NCBI GenBank assembly: GCA_905178155.1
Contig: CAJINV010000007.1
Span: 1 to 64,000 of the forward strand
Reading direction: 5' to 3'
Source of the DNA: Amoebophrya sp. A120
Lineage: Eukaryota > Protista > Dinoflagellata
DNA: 64,000 nucleotides
This document shows, in pieces, positions 12,801 to 25,009 of this stretch. The notes beneath the pieces were generated by a model that saw nothing but the letters and a program-made list of their open reading frames with translations, searched no databases and was not told the origin of the DNA. Positions within the stretch are counted from its first letter, which is position 1, and each line of letters opens with the position of its first letter. The position numbers were made by a program, and so were the translations under genes.

Positions 12801-13630
12801 GTCGAGGACTTCCTGCTTCTCTTTCGAAGTCATTTTCTTCTTCAAACTCTCCTCTTCACTGGTGGTGGCATATGCCTTGCAACTATGTCTGGGTCGGGAG
12901 GAATAGGAACAATTGCGAGGTCTGCATAAACACGAAGGTCTACGTCAGAGGTCTTGCAAGAACTTTAGTTTTGCAATAGAATACCAGACGATACCTACTC
13001 CGCATGAGAAATCTCCTCTCAAGGTTGCCGGATGAAGTGAACAGCCATACTTTCTACTAACTCGCACATGCAGTTGACACACTTTTGCATGACTGACAGG
13101 AGATCGGACCGTGGGCACAAGTTTGCATCATATTCATTCGTCCACATCAAGACATATTTGCAGTCGATACGGCTTGTAGTTGTGGTTGAAAACCGCCGAA
13201 ACCGTATCCAATTTGATCCGCCATCACCGAGCCGTGCTGCTCCTGCGAGGAGAAATCCCCCGAATCCTCCATCTTAATGTCGTTACCAGTTCCAGTACCG
13301 GCGCTGTTGTTAAAACCGCCGCCGCCCGCCCTGTATGCATTGCAAAAGTATCGCGCGACGTGCAACTAGTTGTGAATAATGGCTATGGCGTACCAGCATA
13401 GTACACTGCGACTGCAAACACGCTCAGCATGACACAAAGCGGAATGTGTCATGCTGAATTTACCTAAGAACAAACCAGATTTCTCATGCTCTTGCTCGTG
13501 CAGTACAACTCGCACTGGAATTACAACTACGACCCAGATACTCTTGCAATTGATATTCCCCCGCGGCTGTTCATGGCCCAGCACTCGAGATGCGGTTTCT
13601 TCAAAGCGTACACGGTGCGGCAGGAGGAAT
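3818..13630 (-). CDS. Large multi-exon Ser/Thr protein kinase with low-complexity and coiled-coil extensions (5' end unresolved, probably further upstream)
   Basis: Motifs occur in order on successive exons: GSYGKVY (~12370), EIDYTRRIRHKNIIRL (~10930), ILHRDFKAEN (HRD 9921-9913), AVIGDFG (~9630), GTADYFPWE, and YDLPSVGQVILEW (spliced across 9176-9305). Downstream ORFs 8553, 7383, 6954, 5228, 4400 and 3818 follow; all junctions below 7563 join in frame after introner removal. Confidence 0.8.
4147..4453. mobile_element. TIR introner, family B (long TIR)
   Basis: TATGGAAGCGTCAGGTTTGAAATCGTCAAAGTTGAAA...TTTCAACTTTGTTGATTTCAATCCTGACACGTCCATA; removal plus 5 nt joins ORF 4400 to the frame of ORF 3818. 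Confidence 0.85.
5025..5271. mobile_element. TIR introner (diverged)
   Basis: TAT...ATA ends; internal perfect inverted pair CTTGTCTGCGTCC/GGACGCAGACAAG; removal joins ORFs 5228 and 4400 in frame. Confidence 0.7.
6351..6626. mobile_element. TIR introner, family A
   Basis: TATCAAATGCAAATATGTCTCGGTCTGG...CCAGACCCAGACACATTTGCATTTGATA; flanks CAGAC/TGGAC. Confidence 0.9.
6674..6988. mobile_element. TIR introner, family B
   Basis: ~55-bp TIR TATGGCTCTGTCAGGATCGAAATCGACAAAGTTG.../...CAACTTTGTCGATTTCGATCCCGACACATCCATA; perfect direct repeat GCGCT. Confidence 0.92.
7290..7563. mobile_element. TIR introner, family A
   Basis: (C)ATCAAGTGCAAAAATGTCTGGGTCTGGAA...TTCAAGACCCAGACATATTTGGAATGCATA; direct repeat CCGAT; joins VGAAIG to QKVQ. 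Confidence 0.9.
9176..9305. mobile_element. TIR introner, family D (short)
   Basis: TATCCAGAAAAAAAAC...GTTTTTTCTTGGATA; removal plus 5 nt gives kinase subdomain IX-like DLPSVGQVILE. Confidence 0.8.
9354..9504. mobile_element. TIR introner, family C
   Basis: AATCCTGTGCAAAAGCATCG...CGGTACTTTTGCAGCTGATA; removal plus 5 nt gives RSDGQDALQL in frame. Confidence 0.78.
9649..9824. mobile_element. TIR introner, family C, between the HRD and DFG exons
   Basis: TATCCTCTGGAAAAGTATCGACGTAG...CTACGTCGATACTTCTGCAATGCATA; also readable as GT-AG intron 9648-9825. Confidence 0.88.
10253..10546. mobile_element. TIR introner, family C (diverged)
   Basis: AATCCAGCGCAAAAGTATT...AATACTTTTGCAATGGATA. Confidence 0.65.
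11058..11239. mobile_element. TIR introner, family C
   Basis: TATGCATGGCAAAAGTATC...GATACTTTTGCATTTCATA; splits one acidic tract between ORFs 11235 and 10862. Confidence 0.85.
12871..13169. mobile_element. TIR introner, family A
   Basis: TATGCCTTGCAACTATGTCT...AGACATATTTGCAGTCGATA; flanks TGGCA/CGGCT. Confidence 0.8.
13334..13555. mobile_element. TIR introner, family C
   Basis: TATGCATTGCAAAAGTATC...GATACTCTTGCAATTGATA. Confidence 0.8.
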
Positions 13631-15033
13631 ACTTGTTTTTGCCGACTGCTGGTGAAGATGCCTGTCTTGTTGTTGTTGGTGTTGATGTGAGCTTTTGATT
13701 TCTCATTCGACATCTCGCATGTACATGAAGAACTGTGCAGCTCTCTGTGGTTTAGGTTGTTCTGTGCAAGGTTCAGAACAATACAAAACAGAACTTCTCC
13801 TCTTACTGGCTGTATGGTCAGCCGATCTAAAATCTTCAAATCAATTTACCGATTTAGTCCTCGCCGAGGCCAGCCGCGCCGAGATTTAGGGAAGGCTGAA
13901 CTGTTTCGTGTAGCAGCTGGTGTCGTGGTGACAGCTGTCCAATCAGCCCTGGTTATTCAGTTTCCTGAACAAAAATTCGAACTCGAAATCCACCCGGAGG
14001 TTGTCCCCGTGGTCGTGCTTGTGGGTTTAGGCTGTGGCTCGAATCGTCCTAAAAAAATGCTCGTACCGCTCCAGGTGTAGTCGTTGTATCTGTCGAAGTA
14101 GTTGCGACTTCAAAACGTTTTGGTTGGTGCACGACCGCAACACCTGACAATTTTGCGTACTTGTTACACAAGATGTCACTTATCGCTTTCACTTCACTGA
14201 CTCCGAGGAATGGAAAATGGAAGTAGAACGCGCTTCCCTTTGCATCACATCAGACGTGATGGCATTGCTCCTTGCATTAAAAGTTCAGAAGCAGCATACC
14301 ATTCCAATTCCTTGCATTAGAAGTTCATCCAAAAAATACCAGGCACCGCTCCCCCGCACTTCGTTCGTTCACCAATCGCTTCACAAGAGCGACGGACTTG
14401 GCTTTGCGAAATTTCTACGCATACGAAGAAGAAGAAGAGGGGGATGCTGCAATTCTGGAGGAAGCCATATGTCGAATCTTTATGCACTCAGGCAGTTGTC
14501 AACTCATAATGAGATCATACACTGCAGCATCACAGCTAGAATTCCCACGAGGCTACAAGAAGAATATTCGTTTTCGTTCTAGTTCAATCGCCAGCGTGCA
14601 TAGTTAGTATCATCGAAGATTATACATTGTTGTTTCACCATCTAGTATTCTTTTTCTAGCCCAGATTAATAGCGCTTCCATGCCTTGTGCTTCATCGAGA
14701 AAAAGTACCTATTCCTTACTCTCGTCATCCTCTCATCCTCACCTGACCGTCTTTATTGAGTCCCGGTCTTTTTTACCGAGCACAACACTGCGGTTAATTT
14801 GAAGCGCTCTCAAAGTACTTTTCTTGATTTCATTCCTACACTATATTCAATCGAAATCAAATTCCGACTAAAGACCGAATATCAACCGAGACTATTCCAA
14901 ACACAGCGACGATGACGATTACAAGACGAGGTCGAGAGTGACAAGTAAGCGTACTACTTGTCCGTTCCTTTCCAGAGTGATTCATTGTTTTTCCCAGTGA
15001 CGCTAGTAGTGATCATTTCTTACTTGTTAATGT

Positions 15034-16496
15034 TATCGAAGGAAAAAAGTGTTACAGTTACACACGACATCGAAAATAGCGTATTTTTTCAAGGGCAGGC
15101 TAGAACTTTTTTCGAGCTGCGGCTACCTGTCACGCCTATTGCGTTTTCATTTTCGTGTCAGGCAAAAAGAAGGCCTCCACGTAGCTGCGGCTGCTTCAGT
15201 TCACTGGAATAGCTAAGAAGGCAAGCTGCTACATGTCGCGGACCTGATTGAGAACTCCAGTGACTGATAGACCGGGCGGCGGTAGAATGTCTCAGCGAAA
15301 CAATAGAGCGGGCCAAGGTCAAAGCGATGCTTTCGACCTTGTGAGGGACAATGCCTGCTGTTTCACTTAGTCGCAAACCTGACGAACCGCAGCGACCGTT
15401 TTTGACGCCTCCAGCCTGACTTGCGCAACGGCGACACGCGCGGGAGCGAAAAGCGCAGAACAGCGCTCGCTGGCATTTGACGCGACGAGCGGCCGCTTTT
15501 GCAGTGCCAGCCTTTTCCTTCCCATCGTGGCCATGATGGCTCTACGTAATTTGCCCTTTCCTGGCCAAATCGACGCCCTGTCCCGAAAGCCAACTTTCCA
15601 CCCGGATTGCAAAAAAAAGTGATACACACTGCATTTTTTTGAGGGGTCAAAGCAAGGCCAGAAAAAATAGCAACTGTATCACTTTTTTTTCGATATGTAA
15701 CACTTTTTTCACCGGGCGGAATCCAACTTCGAGACTTTTCTCCCCGAGCGAAATCTTGATTCCCTTTGAAATGTGTAACACAGTAAATCGCAGAGTGCCG
15801 TGGGGGTTCGCAAAAAAACTGCTGTGTTACACACCAAAAAGTGTAACTTTGGCCAGCCCTCAAGGGAGGGTCAAAATGTGGGTGATTTTGCGCAAGAGAT
15901 TGCCGCTTTTTTTTCCAAATGTGTAACACCTCGACTGAAAGCAAACACGCGAAAGCGCGAGCCTTCAGCTAGAGGCTCTGTGTCAAGTTTGCACACCACG
16001 CAAAAGAAGCTGCCCCCACGTCCGTGATTGAATTTCAGGGATCCTGCGGGCGCAGGCTGTTCCGTGGGTGTCTGAGAAAATATCTCGCCTACAAGTCAAG
16101 CCGCGCATGCTTGATAGCGAAACACTCGCGCTACAGGGCTACCAAAACCCTGCCAATGTTCACCCGGAGGCGGTTTGCCACTCTTGTGACCGAGTCCCCT
16201 TCCATCTGTATTCTCTGCTTCATGTTGTCACGGGATGGGGCCAGGAAACAAAAGGCCAGCGAACCGCATTCCGGGCCAGCCATTGGGAGCGGAGCGCCAA
16301 AATAGGCGCGCCCTCAGCTAGCTAGTGTAGGACGTAACTGAGGGGGCCGGTGGCTGGCTGCATTCGTCATGTCTCCGTCATTCATCAGAAACGAAGTTTT
16401 CGCCGACCTGCGTGCCAAAAAAATTCTTACTGAACGTATGAAAATATTCGGCTTTTTTTTTGCAATGTGTAACAGTAACACTTTTTTTCTTCGATA
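15034..16496. mobile_element. 1.46-kb intergenic non-autonomous TIR element with TAT...ATA ends
   Basis: 31-bp TIR with 29/31 identity (15034-15064 vs 16466-16496, TATCGAAGRAAAAAAGTGTTACWGTTACACA); internal repeats of GTGTAAC/GTTACAC; no convincing ORF. Confidence 0.85.
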
Positions 16497-16831
16497 CTTG
16501 TGTATTTATTCGTCTTCGCCCTGAAACTTAGTATAGCAGGCTGTGAATTCGTTCTAAAAAACGGAAACATGAATCTAGGTCAACGCTGCTCGAATAAAGA
16601 TCATACTGAAGCTCAAAATCTGCAGAATCTTTCTGCCAGGTAGTATCACGTGCCTGAAAGACACAAAGACGCCCCAGCAGCTCCTTCACATCTGGTTCTG
16701 AACTGTTCTGCCGCTTGTCCGGCCAGCGGCCAGCGGCCCGCGTGCACAAGCTGTAGCTAGTTGTTTACATCCATCACAATCTCGCCGCTCGCAATTCAAC
16801 TGCCCGCGCATTTCTTCGTGATGCTGCTTCG

Positions 16832-17725
16832 TCATACGAGCGACGTTCTGTTCGGGGTCGGAAGCGATTCCAATGAAACCTCTGATGAAGAGCCATCTGT
16901 TGCTATTGTAGTTCTGCTCACGGTTTGAGCCTCGACATCGGTCCAATCCTGTTCTGGTGCTCCACCTGGGTGAGAATGCGCGGACTTGACTGATACCAAC
17001 ATTGGCTGATCGGGGCCACGCGGGGCGTAGTTGATGTTTTCGTCGGTGCCACTGGTGCTGCTGCTTGTTGCAGGAGCCGATGTTGTGCTAAAGCGGGTCG
17101 TAGGACGGGGGTTTTCGTTCTCTGTTCTCAAAATTCCCCGAAATCGCCTGCACCATTCGAAGCCGCTTTTGACAACAAACAAGCTCGACCCGGAGACGAA
17201 GAAGTACTGCGCCGGGTTGCCTGTCTCCTTCGGATCGAACGTCAACCAACTTCCGACGCACAACAATCCCGTTGCCAAAACGTACAGCGTGCTGGAGTGG
17301 AAAACAGCATCGAAAAGAACATGGGCGGAACGGTCGCTGCGGCGGGCTGATCTTGCTATTCCTTGTTGTTCGACGTCCCGTCGCGGTCCCGGTCCAGGTG
17401 GACTACTTCTCTGGTCGTGTTGTATTTCCGCACTTTCATGCTGGGCAAAAGGGTGCTGCTTGTTCATCTGGATTCTTGCCATCGAATTCCTGAAGGGGCT
17501 TCCTTGCCCGCAGCTCCGGTCATCCTCTTTAAGAAAAGCGGCAGCAGTGACCGCTGCTGTTGCTGTGCACAACGGAGGGCCCTGACTGCTTGTGTGAGAA
17601 TCGAAACTGCGGCAAATCGAAGGATGTGACGAAAACGGGACGCCACCTTCATGAGCAACTTGCTGCTGCAACATAGGACTGGCTGCGCCACTGGATGTTG
17701 CTGTCGAAGGCGTGGTCATCTTCAC
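16832..17725 (-). CDS. Membrane protein with a YrhK-like two-helix domain
   Basis: 297-aa ORF with a hydrophobic hairpin, STLYVLATGLLCVGSWLTF...AQYFFVSGSSLFVVKS, carrying the paired GS motifs typical of YrhK-like domains. Confidence 0.6.
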   Translation of the reverse strand: MKMTTPSTATSSGAASPMLQQQVAHEGGVPFSSHPSICRSFDSHTSSQGPPLCTATAAVTAAAFLKEDDRSCGQGSPFRNSMARIQMNKQHPFAQHESAEIQHDQRSSPPGPGPRRDVEQQGIARSARRSDRSAHVLFDAVFHSSTLYVLATGLLCVGSWLTFDPKETGNPAQYFFVSGSSLFVVKSGFEWCRRFRGILRTENENPRPTTRFSTTSAPATSSSTSGTDENINYAPRGPDQPMLVSVKSAHSHPGGAPEQDWTDVEAQTVSRTTIATDGSSSEVSLESLPTPNRTSLV

Positions 17726-18329
17726 GTGTGATGCGCCACTCGAAGTAGAAAAACGCTCGGCGCTAGCACGCTAGCTTCCGGAAGGATAGGCCTGACTACA
17801 CTACGGCCGAATCAGGTGTTGTAGTCACGCGACGACGGAAATGGCACCACGACAACTTCTCGTGGTCGTGGAGAGCAGCGACTCATAATTGTACCAATAT
17901 CGTGATCGTCGCTATTCCTATTCGGCGGCTTAATAAATACAATCGAAGCTGCAAATTCATCTTATTTCTTAATCGGGGGAGCGACCAAAAGGAAGAGCAG
18001 TGCTTTGCGAACACTTCAGATTTATTTCTAAGTTGCTATGTTGAAGGGTCGCATTGCGCGCAGGTTTATTTCTACGTTGCTACGAATTGCGCGCGAAAGA
18101 ATGGCTGGAAGAGCGGAGCCGTGCGAGGATTGATTTTCTGATAGCTTCGTGCTTCAAGCTCTTGTGCATGTGCGTAGTCTCTACCTATACCATAAGTGTG
18201 TGAATCTGCCTACTCATTTATCGAAGGGGAAGGAACGAACAACAACAACACTACATCTACAACATACAATGGAAAATACGCCTCGCTGCAAGTGAATTAC
18301 ACACACCAATAGAAAAAAAATAAAAAGCG

Positions 18330-19620
18330 GGCGAAGCCGGCCGCAAGGACGAGGAGGAGGGGCCCTTTATAATCATGCCGCAACCACACTGCCAGGCCGC
18401 CACTACAAGAGAAAATAACGCAGACAGGCGCGCGCGAAAGGCCCGCCGACACGGAGGAAAGCTGGCCGCGAGGCCAATTAGAGCACGACTATGGCGCTGC
18501 CACACTGGCGGGCGGGCCCACTGTATGCAATGCCGGGCGTGGGAGTGGGAACAGGCGCAGCGCGCGGCCGGCGACGCGGGGGCGCGGCGCCTGCGCCCAC
18601 TCACAAGCACTTCCTTCGCCCCGCCCAAGCGCGCGGCGGTCGACGGGCCGCCCAAATGAACCGGCCCCCACCCATCTAGCTAAGCGCGGGTAGCCGCCCC
18701 CCCCGCCCGGACTGCTGCGGGCGCCGGGCCCGCGCATCCAAACCAAGCGCGGCCAGGCAGGCTAGAAACGGCCGGCGGCCGCGCACCGCCCCAGCCGCCA
18801 GCCCGCCCCCCCATCGCCCGCGCGCCCCGCGGGCGGCTCTCCTTGTTCCGCCGACGAATCTTTCTCCCTGGCTGCGCCAGGCACGCAAGCGGCCGCGCGC
18901 GGCGCTTTGCCAGTAGCGCGGAGGGCTTTCCTGCAGTTCTACGGAGCAAACTAACAGCTACCGGCTTTCGTCTGTCAGTCAAAATCGCGCGCGGGCGGAG
19001 GCGGCGGGCTAAATGAGTTGGGCGCACGAAGAGAACGGCCCGCCCCCAGCTGAGCTGTGCCCCCAAGATCGATGCGCACGGCAGGCACGCAGGCACCCGG
19101 GGCCGGGGCCACCATCCTGCCAAACCACGCAGGCTCCCCAATATCGGCGCCCCCCTCCTCGCGTGGGCCGGGCGAGTTGCAGGACAGGCTGGCTCGCGCG
19201 CCCACTCATTGGCGGGCCCCAAGCGCCGGCCGCCCGCCCCTTCCAACCGGCGTCCAAGTTGACAGGCTGCGGCGCCTCCCGCGAGCTGCCCAATTTGGTC
19301 CGCTCGCCGGCCCGTCTCGCCGGCCCCCGATGCATGCCTAGCACACCCCGGGGGGCGCCAAGTGAAAGAAGCGCGGAGACACCGGGCCGCGCGCCCTGCC
19401 CAACCAAGGCCCGGCACCCTGTGTGGCCCCGGGGAGATGCGGCGGCCTTCTGCCCTTCTATGGGACAAGCGGGGGCAGCTCGCTGGATCAACTTCGGGAT
19501 TGCGCTGCGGATCAGTCCGAAATTGATCCGCGGACCCGCTTGCCATATGAGAGAGTGGGGGATTGACGGGGCCCCCCTTTCCTCAGAAAAAACCGCCCCG
19601 GGTTGCTTAGCCTTCTCCCC
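18330..19620. other. GC-rich intergenic island
   Basis: Abrupt composition shift with dense CG/GC runs; only Arg/Ala/Gly/Pro-rich shadow ORFs in all frames. Confidence 0.7.
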
Positions 19621-20171
19621 TGCTGTCCTACGCGAAACAGAGATCCCGACCTCTTTGCGCGCTTTGCCAGTGCTGCGGTGGACACAAACTGAGCATGAAA
19701 AACTCAGCGGGAACAAGCACCACTTCGTCACAACCAGAGCGCCAAAATATCTCTCTAATCATCCGTTCCTCAGTTCTTTCCATCCATTTTGAATCTTCTC
19801 AGCCTCAACGAATGCCCAGAACAATTTTGCATCTCATTGTCGTTCTCATCCGTAAATATCATTTTCTTCCGTTGCAACAATAAATTTGCTGCAGTACGTC
19901 GTCGTACACGTTATAATATTCTTTTCCAATTACCATTGGCAAACATAAGTCGTGCTTCAATTGACATCCTCTTCAGATTTTTTAATACAATAGTTGATCT
20001 CTTGATCTTCGCAGTGGAAGGTGCAAGACGAAAACAAGCTTCTAATTACTTCTTCAAGTTCTATCTCATCTTACAATCGATTTAAATCCTTCATCATACA
20101 GAAAAGCAAAAGCTCCTGACTGGTGCAACAGAACCCGTTGCGCACAGAAGGTATTTCTTCAATCCTTAGCC

Positions 20172-21695
20172 TTACTGCTGCTCGTTTTCCGAGGCTGTGG
20201 TGGAAGCCAGCTGCTCTGCTTGTCTTGCTTGCGCTGCCTTCAACTTCCTTTCCTCCTCGTCCCCCGCCTCCAGCATCGCCAGACAGTCCTTGTATCGTCC
20301 GTGCGCAAGAAGCGTCGAAAAGTCCACGTCTGCCAGCGTCCATTTTTCGGTCTTCAGGAGTTGTAGGTGGTGTCGCCAAATGAAGAGAAACCGGCGGGCG
20401 TTGCGGGAGTTGATGCCGCGGGTCCGGTTCTCCTCATCTTTACTTTCACGCCTCCTGCGTCCGGGCGACGGTGGTCTCGCACCACAGAAGTATTTGCACA
20501 CCCCCATAAGCATACTCCTGTCTCCACCCGCGGTCTCACGACAGGTCGTCTTCACGCTGGTGTACTGATCGTAGAGCTCTTCAAACGCACGGCTCCTTAC
20601 GATATCAGCCTTGTACGCGGTGCGTTCCGAAAAAGTTTTTCCGACGACAGTCGGAAAGAAAACGTGGTCGAGATCCAAGACCGCGGCAGCGTCGAGTGTC
20701 CAGAGAGTGTTTTTGGATCCAGAAGGATGCCGTCATGGTTTTTGCTTGACAGTTCTCTGAGTCTTCCGCTGCTGTTTCCTGACACGCGTCCGGTGCGCTC
20801 TTGTCGCCATCGGTCGTAGACGTAGTTAAGCTGTTTTTTACTAGTGGAAACGAAGAAGTAGACGATTTTGTTTTGAATTCCGGTTTTTCGATTGACGAAC
20901 GCGAATTCAGCAGGCCCTTGTTCCGGCGGATCCCATCTTCTTCTTCGTAGTTCTGCTGCGTAATCAGATCAAACAGCGCGACCAGAACTGGATTGATTTT
21001 TACAAGAACTCGGGCCTCAAGCTCGTTTCCAGCTTTTAGTGGTGTAACTGGCAGTCCAGCTGCTGCAGCGGTTCGCTCCAAAACGCTCCCCGACGAAGAT
21101 GTCGATGGTGCCGCAGAAGCATCGTTTCCAGCGTGATGCGGATCGTCTTCGTTGGTTGGTCCCGGAGACTGCAGCTGCTGCTCCTCACTTGCGAGGAAGA
21201 TGCCTTGCCGATATTCAGGCACGAGCAGAATGTTGTCACGGTACCTCCACGCAGCAGCGCTTTCGTCCGGAGAGAGTCGCCAGAACTCGTTCTTGTAATA
21301 ATTTATGTCCATTCTGGACCAAGTGCTGCTAATGCGCCTCGGGACATGGCCGAGAATTCGTGGCACGAGACCAAACGGGACAAATTTGGTCTCGCTGTTT
21401 ATCCAAAAGCGGAACTCATGATCCACCTGCGCCTGCTCGTCCAGCGGCATCTTCTCCCACCCGAACCTGGTGCTTCTCCTCATGTTACTCTTTTCCCACT
21501 TCTGGCTCTGGCGCTCGGAACGCGTAGCGTAGTCGTAGTGCGTAAATGTTCGCGGGTTGTTTCGTACGCGCGTCCTCGCTTGCTCGAGTTTTTCTCTTGC
21601 GATTTGAAGAAACGCAACCCAGGGAAATGCCTTCTGGCTGAGAGCTTCCTCCGCAAAAAAGAACCATCGCCGTATCCAGATGAAAGCACGACCAT
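20172..21695 (-). CDS. Uncharacterised protein (spliced; may be the 3' part of the gene at 21858-24464)
   Basis: Protein-like ORFs 20605..21483 and 20172..20678 on the common strand; junctions unresolved. Confidence 0.45.
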
Positions 21696-21857
21696 CTGTT
21701 AGCTAAGTCTTTCTTTCTTCATTTGGAACGAAGCTTCTTCATTTACTACTTCAGCTGCACGCACAACGTGTTGCTGATTTATCGATTTGCTTCCTCATCA
21801 GACGCACAGGTGCTTCTGCGAGTTTCACGACATCGGGAGTCATCAATAAAACTTTTT

Positions 21858-24464
21858 CTACTGCTTTGCATTTGGAGCGTAGAGAGTGAAAACGTGAAAA
21901 GGCAACGCAGGAAGCAAACGCTCGACAAAGGAAGACTCCGTCCAGTGTTCGTGTTCATCATGGATATGCTGCAGAAAATATTGGCAATCCCGACGCGCCA
22001 TATCAGCAAAATGAAGCCCGCCACCATCATGTGGATTCGTACTGACCGGGTACAGAAAGTGCCGATCATCGGGAACCCACAGTAATTCACAAGCAGACCG
22101 AGGTCGTGAATTTTTCGCTCGGTACCTCCCGGACGCCCTCGCTATCCATCTTCCCGCGCGCACACCTGCTCCGGCATTTTTCAGAGGACGACGATGATCA
22201 TGTTGCAACATTTTATCTGACGATATTCCGGCACCGAACCTAGGATTGGGGTGAGTAGAACTTCCAGCGGTCTCGCTTCCTTCGAAGAGCCGGTGCTCTT
22301 GGACATCACGCTTGCTGGTCGCTTGACTACTGGAAGCGGAAGACTGACACTGAATGTCGCCGCGATGAATTGTTCTTGAATTCCCAGCGTTTAAGCATCC
22401 CCGTTTCGTCTCGTTTGTGGTGGCGGCTGCTACGATTTCCTCTTTGATTTTTTCAATCATCGCCTTTCCAAACGGAAAATCTCTATGTCGTTTTCGTTCG
22501 AAATACTCGTCGGGCTCGTAGTCCAGATTGCCTTTGGGATGTGGGTGAAGACTGTCGAGGGTGTCATGGAACATTTCGATCTCTGCGACGCAGCCGCTCG
22601 GTCGCTCAGTAATGGGCCTCACGGGTTGTAACACAAGCATCTGCTCTACCCGTCCGCCGCAGTCGCTGATGAACTCGCGGGTTAGCTCCCCGCAAAATTG
22701 CACACTGCGGTAGCGATAGGGATGGTCGAGGAGCCCAGACAACTGCGTCGTGTTGTAACCTAGAAGTTGCTGCATTAGGAAGTGCCATTTTCCTTCCATG
22801 ATCAAGAGTGCCTCTGGATCAATCTCACCACGAGTACCCTGATGTGCTGCCACTAATTTTTCGCAGCGCATGTTTGGCTGGATGCGAGCAGCATCGTCCT
22901 GCAAGCGCGGCCGCGGACAATGGCAAACGACGCGGAAAATCGCTTCGACGGCGTCGAAGATGTCCTGGTCTTCAAAGCCATAGTATACGCAAGAATGGCC
23001 TTGGCCTTCACGCAAGCGGATGAAATTCGCCGTGTACCAAGCAAAGCTCTCTGCATCAAAATCGCCCGTGCTGTTATTGACGCACAGAAAGCAGTAGCCA
23101 AGTTTCGGGGTGTCGGACTCTACGCTGTACAGAGGATGGTCTCGATATTCTTCCAAAAACAACCATTCCGGCAGTCGCTCCATGGCCGGCAACAGGGAAC
23201 CAACGCCGTCGGAAGGATCGAGGTGCCCAGCATCCTCTCCTTCCTGATTCGCCGACCCCTCATCGTGGCGGTCACTGTTCCTCGCCTTCCCCGGCCACTT
23301 GATCGGGAAGGCCACGTGTTTGGTCGTCACGCGGATTGTGCAAACCGCATCTGTAGTTGGCGTTTCATCATCCGCGGAGACGGGGCTACCGCCGTCGGTG
23401 TTGTGCCTGATCATTTTCACCAGTTCCTCGAAGAATTTTATGTCTATGTCTTCGATGGCATCCCGGAGACCAGACGAACTTGCAGCACTGTTGGACGTGG
23501 CTCCATTCGCCGTGAGAGGCAGGGCTGTCTGCGGCTGCGGTGCACGAGCACTCGAGCTGGTCGTCGTCATGTCGTGGTAATCACTGGCAGGAGGGTCTGT
23601 CATCTCGAGGTTCAAAAACGGTTGATCATTTGTTTCGCTTTCCGTGACAAAAAACTCAATCACTTCCGTGCCGTCTCCTATCCAACCAAAAAAGATTGTA
23701 GCTTTAACTTTGTGATGCGCAACTGCAACATGCAAGATGATATACGTCTGTCTTCATGCTGGTCATGCATTGCAAACTCCATTCATGCTGCGTGTTTCAA
23801 GTACAGGCTGCGCGTGACAGGTTTTTGCAGTCATGCCAGACAGATTTGTAGAGTAGGGCTGTTCCGCCAAAAAAGTTACACCTACAATGTTTTCTTGTTG
23901 AATATCTTCTAAAAGTTCTTCAATCGGAGAAGGTCCTGGGGAACATGGTGAGTTGTCAACAACGTCGTCTCGCATACCCGAGTAGGCTAAAGTCGGATTA
24001 TTTCTGTTTCCCACATTGTTAGAAAACGTCCCGACTTCCCTCTTCGGCGTCCTTTGGCCGCCCGATCCAATCGGGCCGGGACTACCATTGGGCGAAGTAC
24101 GACGATGCGGCGTAAAATCAGACCTACACATAGGCTTATGACTGCTAGCACAAGATGAAGAGTCCCGGTTCCTGCTAAGAGCAGGAGAGGTGAAAGGAGA
24201 GCGCTCGCACTCGCTGTCGCTTACGTTGTTCTCTTCTTCCGCTGGAAGTCTCCAAACCTGCAGCATTGATGCCGGAGCCACGCGACCGAGGAAATACAGA
24301 AGAAGAAGTGCTTTAAAATTATCGACGGTGACGCCAACAATTGGTTCCCCCGTGGTAGTGTGTGTTCTGCTATACTTGATAAATTTCTTGAGCTGGGGCG
24401 CTGGTACACGGAGAAACTGCTCGTCTCCGCCGAGGCTCAGAAACTGCAGCGTCAACACTTTCAT
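21858..24464 (-). CDS. Uncharacterised protein (at least 2 exons)
   Basis: 625-aa ORF plus 233-aa ORF separated by a CATG-motif-rich intron-like stretch at ~23690-23890; no family recognised. Confidence 0.6.
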
Positions 24465-25009
24465 CCTGCTTGTGCTTCAAGGTATGAGTTATCGTCGAAG
24501 AATAAAGTAGATGATGAGCTCAATAGCAAATCCAGATGAACTAGTCCTTGGCGGGTGGGGAAATAACGTGCATCTTATTTCCAAGCTCAAGCAAGTCTTA
24601 AATATTATTCCACAACGCTGCAGCTTTTCTATTGTTTGACGAAAAGGCTTGGTGAAAACATGTTGGCGACTTTGATACTGTTACTGCGTTCTTTTGCGCG
24701 AGGCTTCATTTCCGAGTGCTTCTTGCTCTATTTTTTTCTCGATAGCAAATTACGCACAAGAAATCCAGGGCAAGGTAAGCGATGAATCTGAATGCAACTC
24801 ATCGAACTATACGTACATTGTGGCATCCGCGATTCGGTCGAGGCGAAAATTTCCTTACGCTCAGCATGCATCTTGTGCACTCCCTCCCACTCCGATCTCG
24901 ACAACTCAACAAGCGAACAACGAACGTGGCCGCACAAAGGTCCCATCACAGGACCAAAGATTTAAGCTTCAAAAATTACAGACGCAGCGGAGCGCCTCGA
25001 CTTAACGGC

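Noticed and set aside
18257-19792. ORFs in the GC-rich islands (also at 25 kb, 45.5-46.5 kb and 53.4-55.5 kb)
   Set aside because: They are overlapping Arg/Ala/Gly/Pro-rich frames on both strands with no motifs, as expected from high GC alone.
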